A stretch of DNA of 64,000 nucleotides from Octopus vulgaris (GCA_951406725.2 OX597829.1:56482001-56546000), one strand, 5' to 3'; shown: positions 12,201-23,570, counted from the stretch's first letter. Made by a program: numbers and translations. Notes: generated by a model not told the origin, from the letters alone.

Positions 12201-13186
12201 TTTAAGAGGAGAGGAGGCATTGGAGGAGAGGAGGTGATGATGAAATGGTTATTGTGAGACAGATATAAGTATCTTGATGTAGAGAAAGTACAAGGTTACC
12301 TGGCAGGAGAGAGAGAGAAAAATCAGGAATGAAGACAGAAACAGTTGTGCTACCACAAAGAAAATACTACAGGATGGAGATCGTGGCAAAATGCCAGGCA
12401 CACTCACAAGGAATGGGGTTCAGAGTATAAATGAAATGGTTGAGTAAGGGAAGAGAGATATATAGATTGTGGCAAGTGCTAGGGCATACTCTTGAAGTTC
12501 AAATGCCATAATGTAAGTGACAGGATATTGCGAAGGGAGTGTGATTAAAGAGCATGAGTAAGTGGTGGGAGACCTGGGTATATTTAGAGTTGGAGGAGCT
12601 GGCAAAAGATCTGGGTATATATAGAGTTGGAGGGGCTACCGGATAGCAATGATACAGAGGAATAGAGGTGTGAGGACAGGATTGGGGAGTGAGAGCTAGG
12701 CATAGTGAATGAAAGAGGAAATGCGAAAAAGAGAAGAGATGTAGATTGGTTTGTTGGGGTGGGGTGAGGGAAAAGTTTTCTTGTTACATGTGGATGGAAC
12801 ACCCAGGTCGGGGGCTAGCAGATGGCAATAATAGAGTGAGACAAGGCATGTGGGTAGGACGTACAGGTTGGGGGCAAGCAGAGAACAATGATACAGTGAG
12901 ACCAGGCCAAGAGGACAAGACTGGGGAGTGGGATGTAATCATAATACATGAAACGGAAATGTGAGGAAGAGAAGAGACGTAGTTTGGTTTGGTTTGGTAG
13001 AATGTGTGAGAAGTTTTCTTCTTAAGTGTGGGTGGGACACACAGCATTTCTAGAACTTAGTTTCACTGATGTGGGCAGGTCTTCTGAAGAACTTCGTATT
13101 GCCAGATATCTTGGTCCATGGTCATTTCCTCTGTGAGGCCCAACATCCTGAGATCAGTCGTTTACCACTTCATCCCATGTCTTCCT

Positions 13187-14083
13187 AAGGTGGTATCAGA
13201 AAGTTCCCAGACTAATTATGTTTAATAAAAAAATAACTCATTTACCTAAGTTTTAACATTGGTCTCCTTCAAAATAGTCACCTTGAATAGCAATACGTTG
13301 GTCCCAGTGTCCCTGTCCCTTTGGAATCCAGCCTGGAAGTCGTTTCCTCTAAGCAAGTTGAGGATCTTGTGCAATTTGCTCTGGATCTCAACAACAACAT
13401 AAAAATGGCAACTTTTGCACTGTCTTTTTGTCTTTGGGAAGAGAAGGAAGTCCACTGTTGCTAAATCTGGTGAATAGGGCAGGTGAGGAAGCGATACCAT
13501 TTGTTGTTTTTCCTTAGAAACTCATGAGTGAGGAGAGCTCAGTGACAGGGTGCATTGTCATCATGAAGAATCTAATTCTTTGCGCGCCATAGCTCCAGTC
13601 ACTTTTACCAAATGTCCTCCCTCAAACGCTTCAAAAAGACACTGTAGAACTTTCAATTGATAGTCTGGCCCTGGGGGACGAATTCTTGATGCTCAATAAT
13701 CAGATGTCAAAAACAAAGCATGAGCATGCTTTTGATTGAGCTGCAGCTCTATTGTGCCTTTTGAAGTGCCCATGCTACTCAAAACATTGTGCATGACCCA
13801 GTGCCTCATTGCCGTAAGCTTGCCAAAGCATGTTCAATGTCTCTGTAGCAGACTTCCCAAGTTTAATGCAAACTTTCACATTGGCTCTTTCTTCCTGTCC
13901 ATAACAAAATCACAAGACTACAGCATACATGTGATTGCAAAATCACAAATTTCACAACTTGCAGAGTAAACACAGAGATGGCACATGGCACACTGCCTCA
14001 TGAACGTCACTGCTAGCACTCACTGCGCACACAACTGTTGGTGCACTACAGATCCAGTCTGGGAACTTTTTGACACCACCTTG
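13187..14083 (-). mobile_element. Mariner (Tc1/mariner) transposon relic, internally deleted
   Basis: TIRs aggtggtatcagaaagttcccagact / agtctgggaactttttgacaccacct, with TA on the right. Minus strand reads ILHDDNAP and LPHLPYSPDLATVDFLLFPK. Confidence 0.9.
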
Positions 14084-14111
14084 TATACATATCATTGTTC
14101 CAAACATGACT

Positions 14112-14450
14112 TGTGTGGTATGAAGCTTGCCTCCCAACTACATGGCTCTTGGCTCAATCCCAGTCTGTAGCACCTTGAGCAAGTGTCTTCTACTGTAGCC
14201 TCGAGCTGACCAAAGCCTTGTGAGTAGATTTGGTACACGGAAACTGAAAGAAGCCCATCATATGTGTGTGTGTGTATCTTTGTGTGTGTCTTTGTGAATG
14301 TGCTTGTCACCGCCCCCATACCACCACCACTTGGCAATTGGTGTTTATGTCCCTGTGACTTAGCAGTTCAGCAAAAGTTCTGGGGTTTATTCATTCAATT
14401 AAAAATTCTTCAAGATGGTATCTCAGCATGGCTGCAGTCTAATGATTGGA
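14112..14450 (+). mobile_element. Degraded SINE family A
   Basis: caccttgagcaagtgtcttctactgtagcctc...ggaaactgaaagaagccc. Confidence 0.75.
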
Positions 14451-14459
14451 ACAATGTCC

Positions 14460-14775
14460 TGCCTCAAAGCTATCCGTCGCATGCCCTGGTGTAGACATGT
14501 CATCTGTCTCCCACTAGATCGTCCTACCGGAGCTTTAGTGTCATTAAGTGCAGCAGCTGCAGGTTGAAAGATGCTTCATGGCTGGACGTGATTGGGGAAG
14601 ATCTCTGGAGGCTCAATGTCACCTTGGGGGATGCAGAGGGGCTGGCATGGGACTTTCAGTGGTGGAGAACACCGGTGGATATGATCAGCTCTACACATGA
14701 TAACATCTCTGAGACCGCTGACCTGGGATGACCCTTGCCCCATGAAGCATGAGGCAAGTAAACCAGTAAGATTAA
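14460..14775 (+). mobile_element. Short RTE-like LINE 3' end
   Basis: WLDVIGEDLWRLNVTLGDAEGLAWDFQWWR fits the RTE C-terminal WxDxIxxD...AxDRxxWR motif. Confidence 0.5.
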
Positions 14776-16055
14776 GCAATGAAAGCTCACAGCAATTATA
14801 AATTTATTTTTATAAAAAGCTAAGTGTAATTGCATAATTAATTATACCTGACAGTAATGACTATTAAAAACAGATGACTGCTGACACTGAACAGGTTTTG
14901 TTAGTAGGTAACAGCTGCTGCAATATCTACCATATAATATTGACTAGTACACATAATATAGTAAGTTGAAAATCTTTAACTTAACCTAATTTAATCCTTT
15001 GACACTCTCTCAATGAATGTAAAGTTTATTTATTCACATTGTTTTGAATTGACCCTGCATTGGATCTGGTCAGTTTGAACATAGAACAAATAGACTATTT
15101 GGGCCAGTTTTGACTGCTTTGAATGCTATAGGATTAAATTATCCATGCCATTAGTAAACAAAATTTCCCTGTAGAGACGTTTAAATACTAAAAAGTGAAA
15201 AGCAAGGGAGATAAGTCCAATGCTATTAGTGAACGAAAGTTTTGGGGAAATGAAAACAATGCTCCAGAAAGTGGATCTAGTCTTTAAAACCAGCAAATGA
15301 AAACGACAGATATATTTTAAGCTTATTAAATTTCTTTATCGCTGTTTTTATCTGTTAATAGCAAAGATAAGCTCAATTAGTCAAAGTGTTTCAACTCATT
15401 CATATTTGATGTCCTTTAGTTTGTAAATGTAATATGCAGAATGTGCCACAGAGATCCCTTCCCTCAAGTCTGTTGTAAACTGTTCCCACTTTTCTGTCGA
15501 TTCACAAGTTAGCTGTATACCACTTCTACTCCTAAGACCACCAGACACACTCTCTTCCTCTCATGACTCAAATTGTGGATCCAGACACTGCATTAAACAG
15601 TTTTTTTCCTACAATTCTGCCTCTCCAGAATATCACCCATCTAGCACCCTTCTTGAACATATTGTTTCCTTTCCTGGAGGCATTGAGTTTCAGATGTTTA
15701 AAATTAGCACCGACTGGATCAATTGCACCAAAGCCTGGAAAGTTTATGAAAGTAATGGGCTTGGCTCCATTTACTGCATTAAAAATTTAAAAACCAAAAA
15801 ATGTTGTTATTCCTCAATAAAACACATGGTATAACCGAAATGGTAACAGAAATTCAAAAAAAATTACCAAAACATGTGTATAAGGTTCATGAGGTTGTCT
15901 TTATGATCAGTTTTCATTAGTTTAAGGTTAATGAAATTATATTTTGTTTTGTTTTTTTTCTCTAAGATCAAAGTGTAGATCAAAAGATGTCATTACTCTC
16001 TAATTATTATAAATATTGAAATATTTCACTTTATGAAAAATCTCTTTGTTTTCAG

Positions 16056-16152
16056 GTTATTCTTTGTGGGAGCCCAGAATAACCACATGCCAAAAATCAT
16101 TTCCATGATTACAAGGAAAAATTTAACACCAGCACCTTCCCTTCTTATAATT
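16056..16152 (+). CDS. SLC7 transporter exon, loop 8-9/TM9
   Basis: gttttcag|...|gtaagt, 97 bp. (R)LFFVGAQNNHMPKIISMITRKNLTPAPSLLII (family motif RLFFVGxxxGHxP...TPxPSL). Confidence 0.95.
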
Positions 16153-17239
16153 GTAAGTTATATATGTATGTTTTGTCTTCCTTTGTATTTACCATTTCTG
16201 TAAGAATTGGGAAGATTTTTTGTTCTCATCCATTTACTGCTTGTTGGGCTTAGAGTTCTGAGGATCTGTCTTCTATTTAGTTTTCTTTGGAAAATTTTTA
16301 TTTAGTTTTTATTCTCTCTTATTAAATTCTTAAATATCTTTACAGGTACTTGTGAAGTGCTTTAGACACACATTTGTATTCCGTTGATACAAAGAGGTTT
16401 CCAGTAGGTAGTGATTCCTGGGACTTGAATCACAGAGTTGTTATATCTTGTAGACATCTGTTGTTTATGTAATTATTCTTCATGTTTGTACTGTGTTTAT
16501 TATCTTGTTAATAACATCTTAGGTGCCTGAGCTTAGAAAATAATAGTTATGATGCAGTCTCTGTTGAACTGAAGTAAGCATATAGCCTTTGTGCAAATAT
16601 GTAGTTATTTTTTTTTAATAGTGCTTTTTCTGTCCATGCAGAGTAGATGCAGGTATCATTGTGAAGTTTAGAAGTTCACTTCGCAAATACATGCACATGA
16701 GTCTCATTCCACCAAAGCTATGTGGGTGAAATTCAGTAGACAAAACTGTGCAGAAGCCCACCTGTTGACTTTGGGTACCCTTAGCAGAACCCAATGTGTT
16801 GCAAATATTTGATTTCAGGATAACTTACTTCCTTCTTCTCACCAGTATTGGAGCCCTGTAAAAGGTCATGGGCAATGTCTTTCTCTCTTTAACTAATCCA
16901 TATAAAAAAAGGGGGAATGAAAAGCTTTAAAGGTGTATTTTGATGTTATGACAAATGGAACAGTGTAAGAAATTATAAATGAATTAAGAAGCAGATTGTA
17001 AGAACTGAATGGTATACCATATATGTCTTCTGTCATGGTTGAGTCCTGCAGCCGGAAGCTAACTGTGATGGGTTAAACAGCCGAGGGAGGATGCAGGCAA
17101 GAGGAGGATATAAATGATAAGTTCATAATACTACCATATGCTGGAGATCAACAGATGTTAAGTAAATGGCTACTTCTTTTCTGGATATATTATCAGATCT
17201 GCACAAACTTAGGAATTGAATGTTCCACTGGCATAAGCT

Positions 17240-18600
17240 ATGGTCTCACTTGGCTTGTCGGGTCTTCTCAAGCACAGCATATCGCCAAAGGTCTCGGTCG
17301 CTAGACATTGCCTCAGTAAGGCCCAATGTTCGAAAGTTGTGCTTCACCAACTCAATTTTCCTGAGTCTACCTCTTCGACAGGTTCCCTCAACTGCTAGGT
17401 TGTGACACTTTTTCACACAGCTGTCCTCATTCATTTGCAATACATGACCATACCAGTGCAGTCATCTCTCTTGCACGCCACATCTGATGCTTCTTAAATC
17501 CAACTTTTCTCTCAGGACACTTACACTCTGTCATGTATGCTCACTGACATTACACATCCAGCAGAACATACTGGCTTCATTCCCTGCAAGCTTACGCATG
17601 TCCTCAGCAGCCACGGCCCATGTTTCACTGCCATATAGCATGGCTGTTCATACACATGCATCATACAGTCTACTTTTTTACTCTGAGTGAGAGGCCCTTT
17701 GTCACCAACAGAGGTAATAGCTCTCTGAACTTTACCCAGGCTATTCTTATTCTAGCAGCTATACTATCAGAGCATCCACCCCTTGGTCCTAGGTAACAGA
17801 AGCTATCAACTACTTCTAGTTTTTCTCCCTGTAATGTGACGGAAGCTGTTTTCTGCGCATTTTCAGTGTTTATTGCACCTGAGCATCTGCCACATACAAA
17901 AACTATCTTCCCAGTTAGCCTTCCTTTGACATTACTGCACCTCTTATATGTCCATAGATTACACTGGGTACATCTTATGGAGTTTCTACCTATGCCTTTT
18001 CTACAGATCAAGCAGGGCCATCTACCTGAAGGGATTTGTGGTTTGTCTGCCTTCCTACTTATTAAGACTTTGGTTTTAGCTAGGTTGACTCTAAAGCCCT
18101 TCGATTCTAATCCTTGTTTCAACACTGAAACTTTTCCTCTGGTTCTGATAGTGACTCAGCAATTAGAGCAAGGTCATCAGCATAGAAGAGCTCCCAGGGG
18201 CATCCTGTCTTGAATTCCTCTGTTATTGCCTGGAGGACTATGATGAATAAGATGGGGCTGAGGACAGATCCTTGGTGGACCCCTTCCCCTACTCAGAATT
18301 CTTCACTGTACTTGTTGCCAACCCTCACCTTACTGGCAGCATCCCTGTACATGGCTTGCACAGCTCTCACTAACCATTTATCTATCCCTAGTTTCCTCAT
18401 TGACCACCAGATAAGGGATCAGGGGACCCTGTCAAAAGCTTTCTCCATGTTAATGAAAGCCAGGTACAGAGGTTTATCTTTGGCTAGGCATTTCTCCTGC
18501 AGCTGTCTTACCAGAAATATAGCATCAGTGGTGCTTTTCTCTGGCATGAACCCAAACTGCATCTCATCTAAACTGACTCTCTCCCTAATTAGTTGGGCTA
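17240..18600 (-). mobile_element. 5'-truncated RTE LINE of the same family (RT to C-terminus)
   Basis: MQFGFMPEKSTTDAIFLVRQLQEK...KAFD, a Cys-rich insert, then AVEGTCRRGR...DRDLWR. Confidence 0.9.
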
Positions 18601-18743
18601 GGGAGAGCAGTATTTTTGTGTAATATATAGTTTGTTTCACGGCTGTTCTTTTGTGACTATATCTTCCAGCTTTAATGTGTCAATTTCTTAATAAATATTT
18701 TATTTACCTTGTAATTAAAAATTTGTTTCTGTTTTTCTTGTAG

Positions 18744-18893
18744 CTTCTTTTATCTTTGTCATATCAACAATCTGGTGACATTTTCTTCCTAATTGAAATG
18801 GAAGGCTTTGGTTTTGCAACAGTGCTTGTTATGGTATTTGCTGGCCAAGTATATCTCAGAAGAAAAGAACCCAAACTTCTTCGCCCAATTAAG
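18744..18893 (+). CDS. SLC7 transporter exon, TM9-TM10
   Basis: tttcttgtag|...|gtgaga, 150 bp. LLLSLSYQQSGDIFFLIEMEGFGFATVLVMVFAGQVYLRRKEPKLLRPIK (family motif LRxxxPxxxRPIK). Confidence 0.95.
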
Positions 18894-19363
18894 GTGAGAA
18901 TATTTAACATTTAACTGTTGTTTCCATTATCAACATAATTCATTTATATTGTTAATTTTTCAGATTCCCCTTATCTGAAAATACTACACCATTATTTAAA
19001 AGAACTGCCTATTTTATAATAAGTTTCAATCATAAAATTATGAAATAATCAATTTTAAACATGTCTAAGTTTAGTCATTCAGATGTCAATGAATACTTAA
19101 TGAAAAGAAATGCACACAAAATGCATGCAATAAATGCAATTCTTTTGCTCCCACACAGCCTGTACCCATTTTATTTTGCATTCTGTGAATAATTGTGTCG
19201 TTGGTTGCAGGATGTTTACAATGAGCCTATTACTGGCTCATTAAAGGGCACTACCTTTATAGAGTTTCTGTAATGTTTGATCTATAAAACAACTTTCAGC
19301 ATACAGAACATGCATCAATCACAAAAGTTTGGTTCAATAAACATTCCCATTCATTTACATTGT

Positions 19364-19803
19364 TTTATGTCTGCTCTCATGGGTTAGACTGCTCATTATA
19401 GTCTTACTTTATGCCTGCTCTCATGGGTTAGACTGCTCATTATAGTCTTACTTTATGCCTGCTCTCATGGGTTAGACTGCTCATTATAGTCTTACTTTAT
19501 GCCTGCTCTCATGGGTTAGACTGCTCATTATAGTCTTACTTTATGCCTGCTCTCATGGGTTAGACTGCTCATTATAGTCTTACTTTATGCCTGCTCTCAT
19601 GGGTTAGACTGCTCATTATAGTCTTACTTTATGCCTGCTCTCATGGGTTAGACTGCTCATTATAGTCTTACTTTATGCCTGCTCTCATGGGTTAGACTGC
19701 TCATTATAGTCTTACTTTATGCCTGCTCTCATGGGTTAGACTGCTCATTATAGTCTTACTTTATGCCTGCTCTCATGGGTTAGACTGCTCATTATAGTCT
19801 TAT
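19364..19803. repeat. 44-bp minisatellite, 10 copies (unit 1)
   Basis: Unit TTTATGCCTGCTCTCATGGGTTAGACTGCTCATTATAGTCTTAC, head-to-tail, no spacers. Confidence 0.97.
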
Positions 19804-20832
19804 CCAGTCATCATTCACAGATAAACACCCTTTCACACAAGTTGGGGAGTCAAATCTTGTTTCAGTCTTTTGAGACTTAGTTTCTATGGCTGGATGTCTT
19901 TCCTATCACCAACTTTTGCAGTGCATGCATTTATTGAGGTACCAACAATGGGGATCTTTTATATTCACAAGACAAGACTAAAGGATTTTTTCAAACCAAC
20001 ACTGTCTGCTTGTTTGCCGATCTCTTTGCAGGGTTTCTGGGTACATTTTATCATGGCACCAACACTAGTGAGGTTGCCTTGTGATCTGTAAGACAAAAGG
20101 ATTGGCACTGCTCAATGTGGTTTCATTAAAAAATATCTCTTTTCCTTAAAGTTATGAGGGAAAACATTGGATCTTGTGAAAGTTCCAAAAGTCCTCTCTC
20201 CACCCCATGGTTTGTAGGCATAAATTTTTTGTTTTCCTATTCATCTAATACGCATTTTTTTTACACCCATTACACTTGATTTTGTTTTTGTTTTGATACA
20301 TCTCTTATGAATCTGAAAAATTTCAACTTTTCTTCACAAACATCTGATGTCACTCCTCCCCATCTTTTTCCATTCTATATATTGGCTATGTTCATTTATG
20401 TATGTGTAGACTTCTGAAACAGCAGGCAAAAAAAATATCATGCTTTCACTAGAAAACTCGATATACTTGAACTAACAGCTAAATGCCAGAAAAATAAGTT
20501 TTTCCTCATATCACTTTTATTTTACTACTTGATCATAAGATCTATGAGAGATAAATGACATATTCATCTGCTAAAATCTTCAAAGTAATTCGATATGTTT
20601 GAAATAAGCGAGTTTATTTATTTTATCTAAGCTCGGGTTTATAAATCCTCTTATCACAAATTACAAAATAAAAAAAAGTTGATTTCAATTGGTGGAGTTA
20701 TGATTTTGCCCATGTGTACACTTCACCTGACCTAGCTGACAAAAAACCTATCACATCTCACTAAAAAATTAATACGTTTGAAATAACAGCTAAATGTCTG
20801 CTTTTCCTCATATCATTTTCATTTTACGACTC

Positions 20833-21038
20833 ATAAGATTTATGAAAAATGAACGGCATAACTGCCTGCTAAAATCTTAAGAGTTATGAAAGATGAACGA
20901 CGTAATCGCCTTGCCTGCTAAAATCCTAAGATTTATCACAAGATGAATGATGTAATTGCCCGCTAAAATCCTAAGATTTATGAAAGATGAATGATGCAAT
21001 TGCCTGCTTAAATCCTAAGATTTATGAAAGATGAATGA
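20833..21038. repeat. Degenerate ~44-bp tandem repeat, ~4.5 copies, present in every array unit
   Basis: Recurring TAAGATTTATGAAAGATGAATGATGxAATTGCCTGCTAAAATCC. Confidence 0.8.
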
Positions 21039-21114
21039 GTTGTTCCATACATTGATTTCAAGGCAAGAAATTCTTCCTCAATGTTGAATTTTGCAGTTAT
21101 TGCACATATAAATA

Positions 21115-22260
21115 TTCTTTTCTACTCTAGGCACAAGGCCCAAAATTTTTAGTAAGGGGGCCAGTCGATTAGATTGACACCAGTATGCAACTGGTAATTA
21201 ATTTATCGACCCCAAAAGGATGAAAGGCCAAGTTGACCTCGACGGAATATGAACTCAGACAGACAAAATACCTATTTCTTTACTGCCCACAAGGGGCTAC
21301 ACACAGAGGGGAGTAACAAAGACAGACAAACGGATTAAGTCGATTAAATTGACCCCAGTCGATAACTGATACTTATTTAATCGACCCCGAAAGGATGAAA
21401 GGCAAAGTCGACCTTGGCAGAATTTGAACTCAGAACGTAAAAGCAGACAAAATACCTATTTCTATTTCTTTACTATCCACAAAGGGCTAAACATAGAGGG
21501 GACAAACAAGGACAGAGAAACGGATTAAGTTGATTATATCGACCCCAGTGCATAACTGGTACTTATTTAATCAACCCTGAAAGGATGAAAGGCCAAGTTG
21601 ACCTTGGCGGAATTTGAACTCAGAACGTAATGGCAGGCAAAATACCTATTTCGGATCTTTTCGCTTTGAACTTAGAATATGTGTTTATTAATAAAAGTTT
21701 AATAACGATAATCTTTTATTCATACGAACTTCACTGATACGAAATATGTCATAAATAACAGTGACACATTGATATGACACCGCCAGAAAATGTTGACAGA
21801 CTACGGCAGAAATTGTATTCACCTCAATAGACGTCGTTGATTGGTTGAAATTGCCGAAATGCAAGAAATTAAACAACAAATAGCTTACAAACTACAGAAT
21901 TTTCTCAAGAAATCCAAGAGAAAAAGATGTTTTATGTAACACACTAGCAGTATACGAAGTTTAAAAGTGTTTAGTTAAAAAGAAATTATTTTAAAAATCT
22001 GCCGGTCAAAGTGAAAAGATCCCCTATTTCTTTACTACCCACAAGGGGCTAAACACAGAAGGGACAAACAAGGACAGACAGACAAACGGATTAAGCCGAT
22101 TATATCGACCCCAGTCGATAACTGGTACTTATTTAATCGATCCCGAAAGGATGAAAGGCAAAGTCGACCTCGGCGGAATTTGAACTCAGAACGTAGCGGC
22201 AGACGAAATACCGCTGGACATTTCGCTCGTCGTGCTAACGATTCTGCCAAGCTCGCCGCC
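21115..22260 (-). mobile_element. tRNA-like SINE with internally multimerised body (~4 blocks), interrupted by a MITE; present in every array unit
   Basis: Minus-strand head ggcggcgagcttggcagaatcgttagc...gagttcaaattcc (A/B-box-like). Repeated central block gcctttcatcctttcggggtcgat...ataagtaccag. Same family at ~2385-2812 and ~63470-63660. Confidence 0.8.
21653..22022. mobile_element. 370-bp MITE with GG...CC termini and 8-bp TSD (Merlin-like); present in every array unit
   Basis: TIRs GGATCTTTTCGCTTTGA / TCAAAGTGAAAAGATCC (1 mismatch). TSD CCTATTTC at 21645-21652 and 22023-22030. The empty site aatacctatttctttac is visible in a neighbouring SINE block. Confidence 0.85.
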
Positions 22261-22292
22261 TTATTGCCTGTATAAATATTGTCATTTGAGCA

Positions 22293-22352
22293 ATATTTGC
22301 TGACCAAGTATATCTCAGAAGAAAAGAACCCAAACTTCTTCGCCCAATTAAG
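22293..22352 (+). pseudogene. Duplicated 3' part (60 bp) of the 18744-18893 exon with intact donor; first of nine copies
   Basis: atatttgctgaccaagtatatctcagaagaaaagaacccaaacttcttcgcccaattaag|gtgaga. Other copies start at 26062, 29830, 33554, 37323, 41046, 44769, 48536, 52219. The native acceptor is absent. Confidence 0.95.
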
Positions 22353-22822
22353 GTGAGAATATTTAACATTTAACTGTTGTTTCCATTATCAACATAATTC
22401 ATTTATATTGTTAATTTTTCAGATTCCCCTTATCTGAAAATACTACACCATTATTTAAAAGAACTGCCTATTTTATAATAAGTTTCAATCATAAAATTAT
22501 GAAATAATCAATTTTAAACATGTCTAAGTTTAGTCATTCAGATGTCAATGAATACTTAATGAAAAGAAATGCACACAAAATGCATGCAATAAATGCAATT
22601 CTTTTGCTCCCACACAGCCTGTACCCATTTTATTTTGCATTCTGTGAATAATTGTGTCGTTGGTTGCAGGATGTTTACAATGAGCCTATTACTGGCTCAT
22701 TAAAGGGCACTACCTTTATAGAGTTTCTGTAATGTTTGATCTATAAAACAACTTTCAGCATACAGAACATGCATCAATCACAAAAGTTTGGTTCAATAAA
22801 CATTCCCATTCATTTACATTGT

Positions 22823-23570
22823 TTTATGTCTGCTCTCATGGGTTAGACTGCTCATTATAGTCTTACTTTATGCCTGCTCTCATGGGTTAGACTGCTCATT
22901 ATAGTCTTACTTTATGCCTGCTCTCATGGGTTAGACTGCTCATTATAGTCTTACTTTATGCCTGCTCTCATGGGTTAGACTGCTCATTATAGTCTTACTT
23001 TATGCCTGCTCTCATGGGTTAGACTGCTCATTATAGTCTTACTTTATGTCTGCTCTCATGGGTTAGACTGCTCATTATAGTCTTACTTTATGCCTGCTCT
23101 CATGGGTTAGACTGCTCATTATAGTCTTACTTTATGCCTGCTCTCATGGGTTAAACTGCTCATTATAGTCTTACTTTATGCCTGCTCTCATGGGTTAGAC
23201 TGCTCATTATAGTCTTACTTTATGCCTGCTCTCATGGGTTAGACTGCTCATTATAGTCTTACTTTATGCCTGCTCTCATGGGTTAGACTGCTCATTATAG
23301 TCTTACTTTATGCCTGCTCTCATGGGTTAGACTGCTCATTATAGTCTTACTTTATGCCTGCTCTCATGGGTTAGACTGCTCATTATAGTCTTACTTTATG
23401 CCTGCTCTCATGGGTTAGACTGCTCATTATAGTCTTACTTTATGCCTGCTCTCATGGGTTAGACTGCTCATTATAGTCTTACTTTATGCCTGCTCTCATG
23501 GGTTAGACTGCTCATTATAGTCTTACTTTATGCCTGCTCTCATGGGTTAGACTGCTCATTATAGTCTTAT
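22823..23570. repeat. 44-bp minisatellite, 17 copies (unit 2); homologous arrays in units 3-10
   Basis: Other arrays: 26593-27340 (17), 30360-31063 (16), 34083-34830 (17), 37853-38556 (16), 41576-42279 (16), 45299-46046 (17), 49066-49728 (15 +3 bp), 52749-53458 (16 +6 bp). Confidence 0.97.

Noticed and set aside
19380-19390. GGGTTAG in the VNTR as interstitial telomere
   Set aside because: Only one heptamer per 44-bp unit, better explained by the RTE tail motif catgggttggac.
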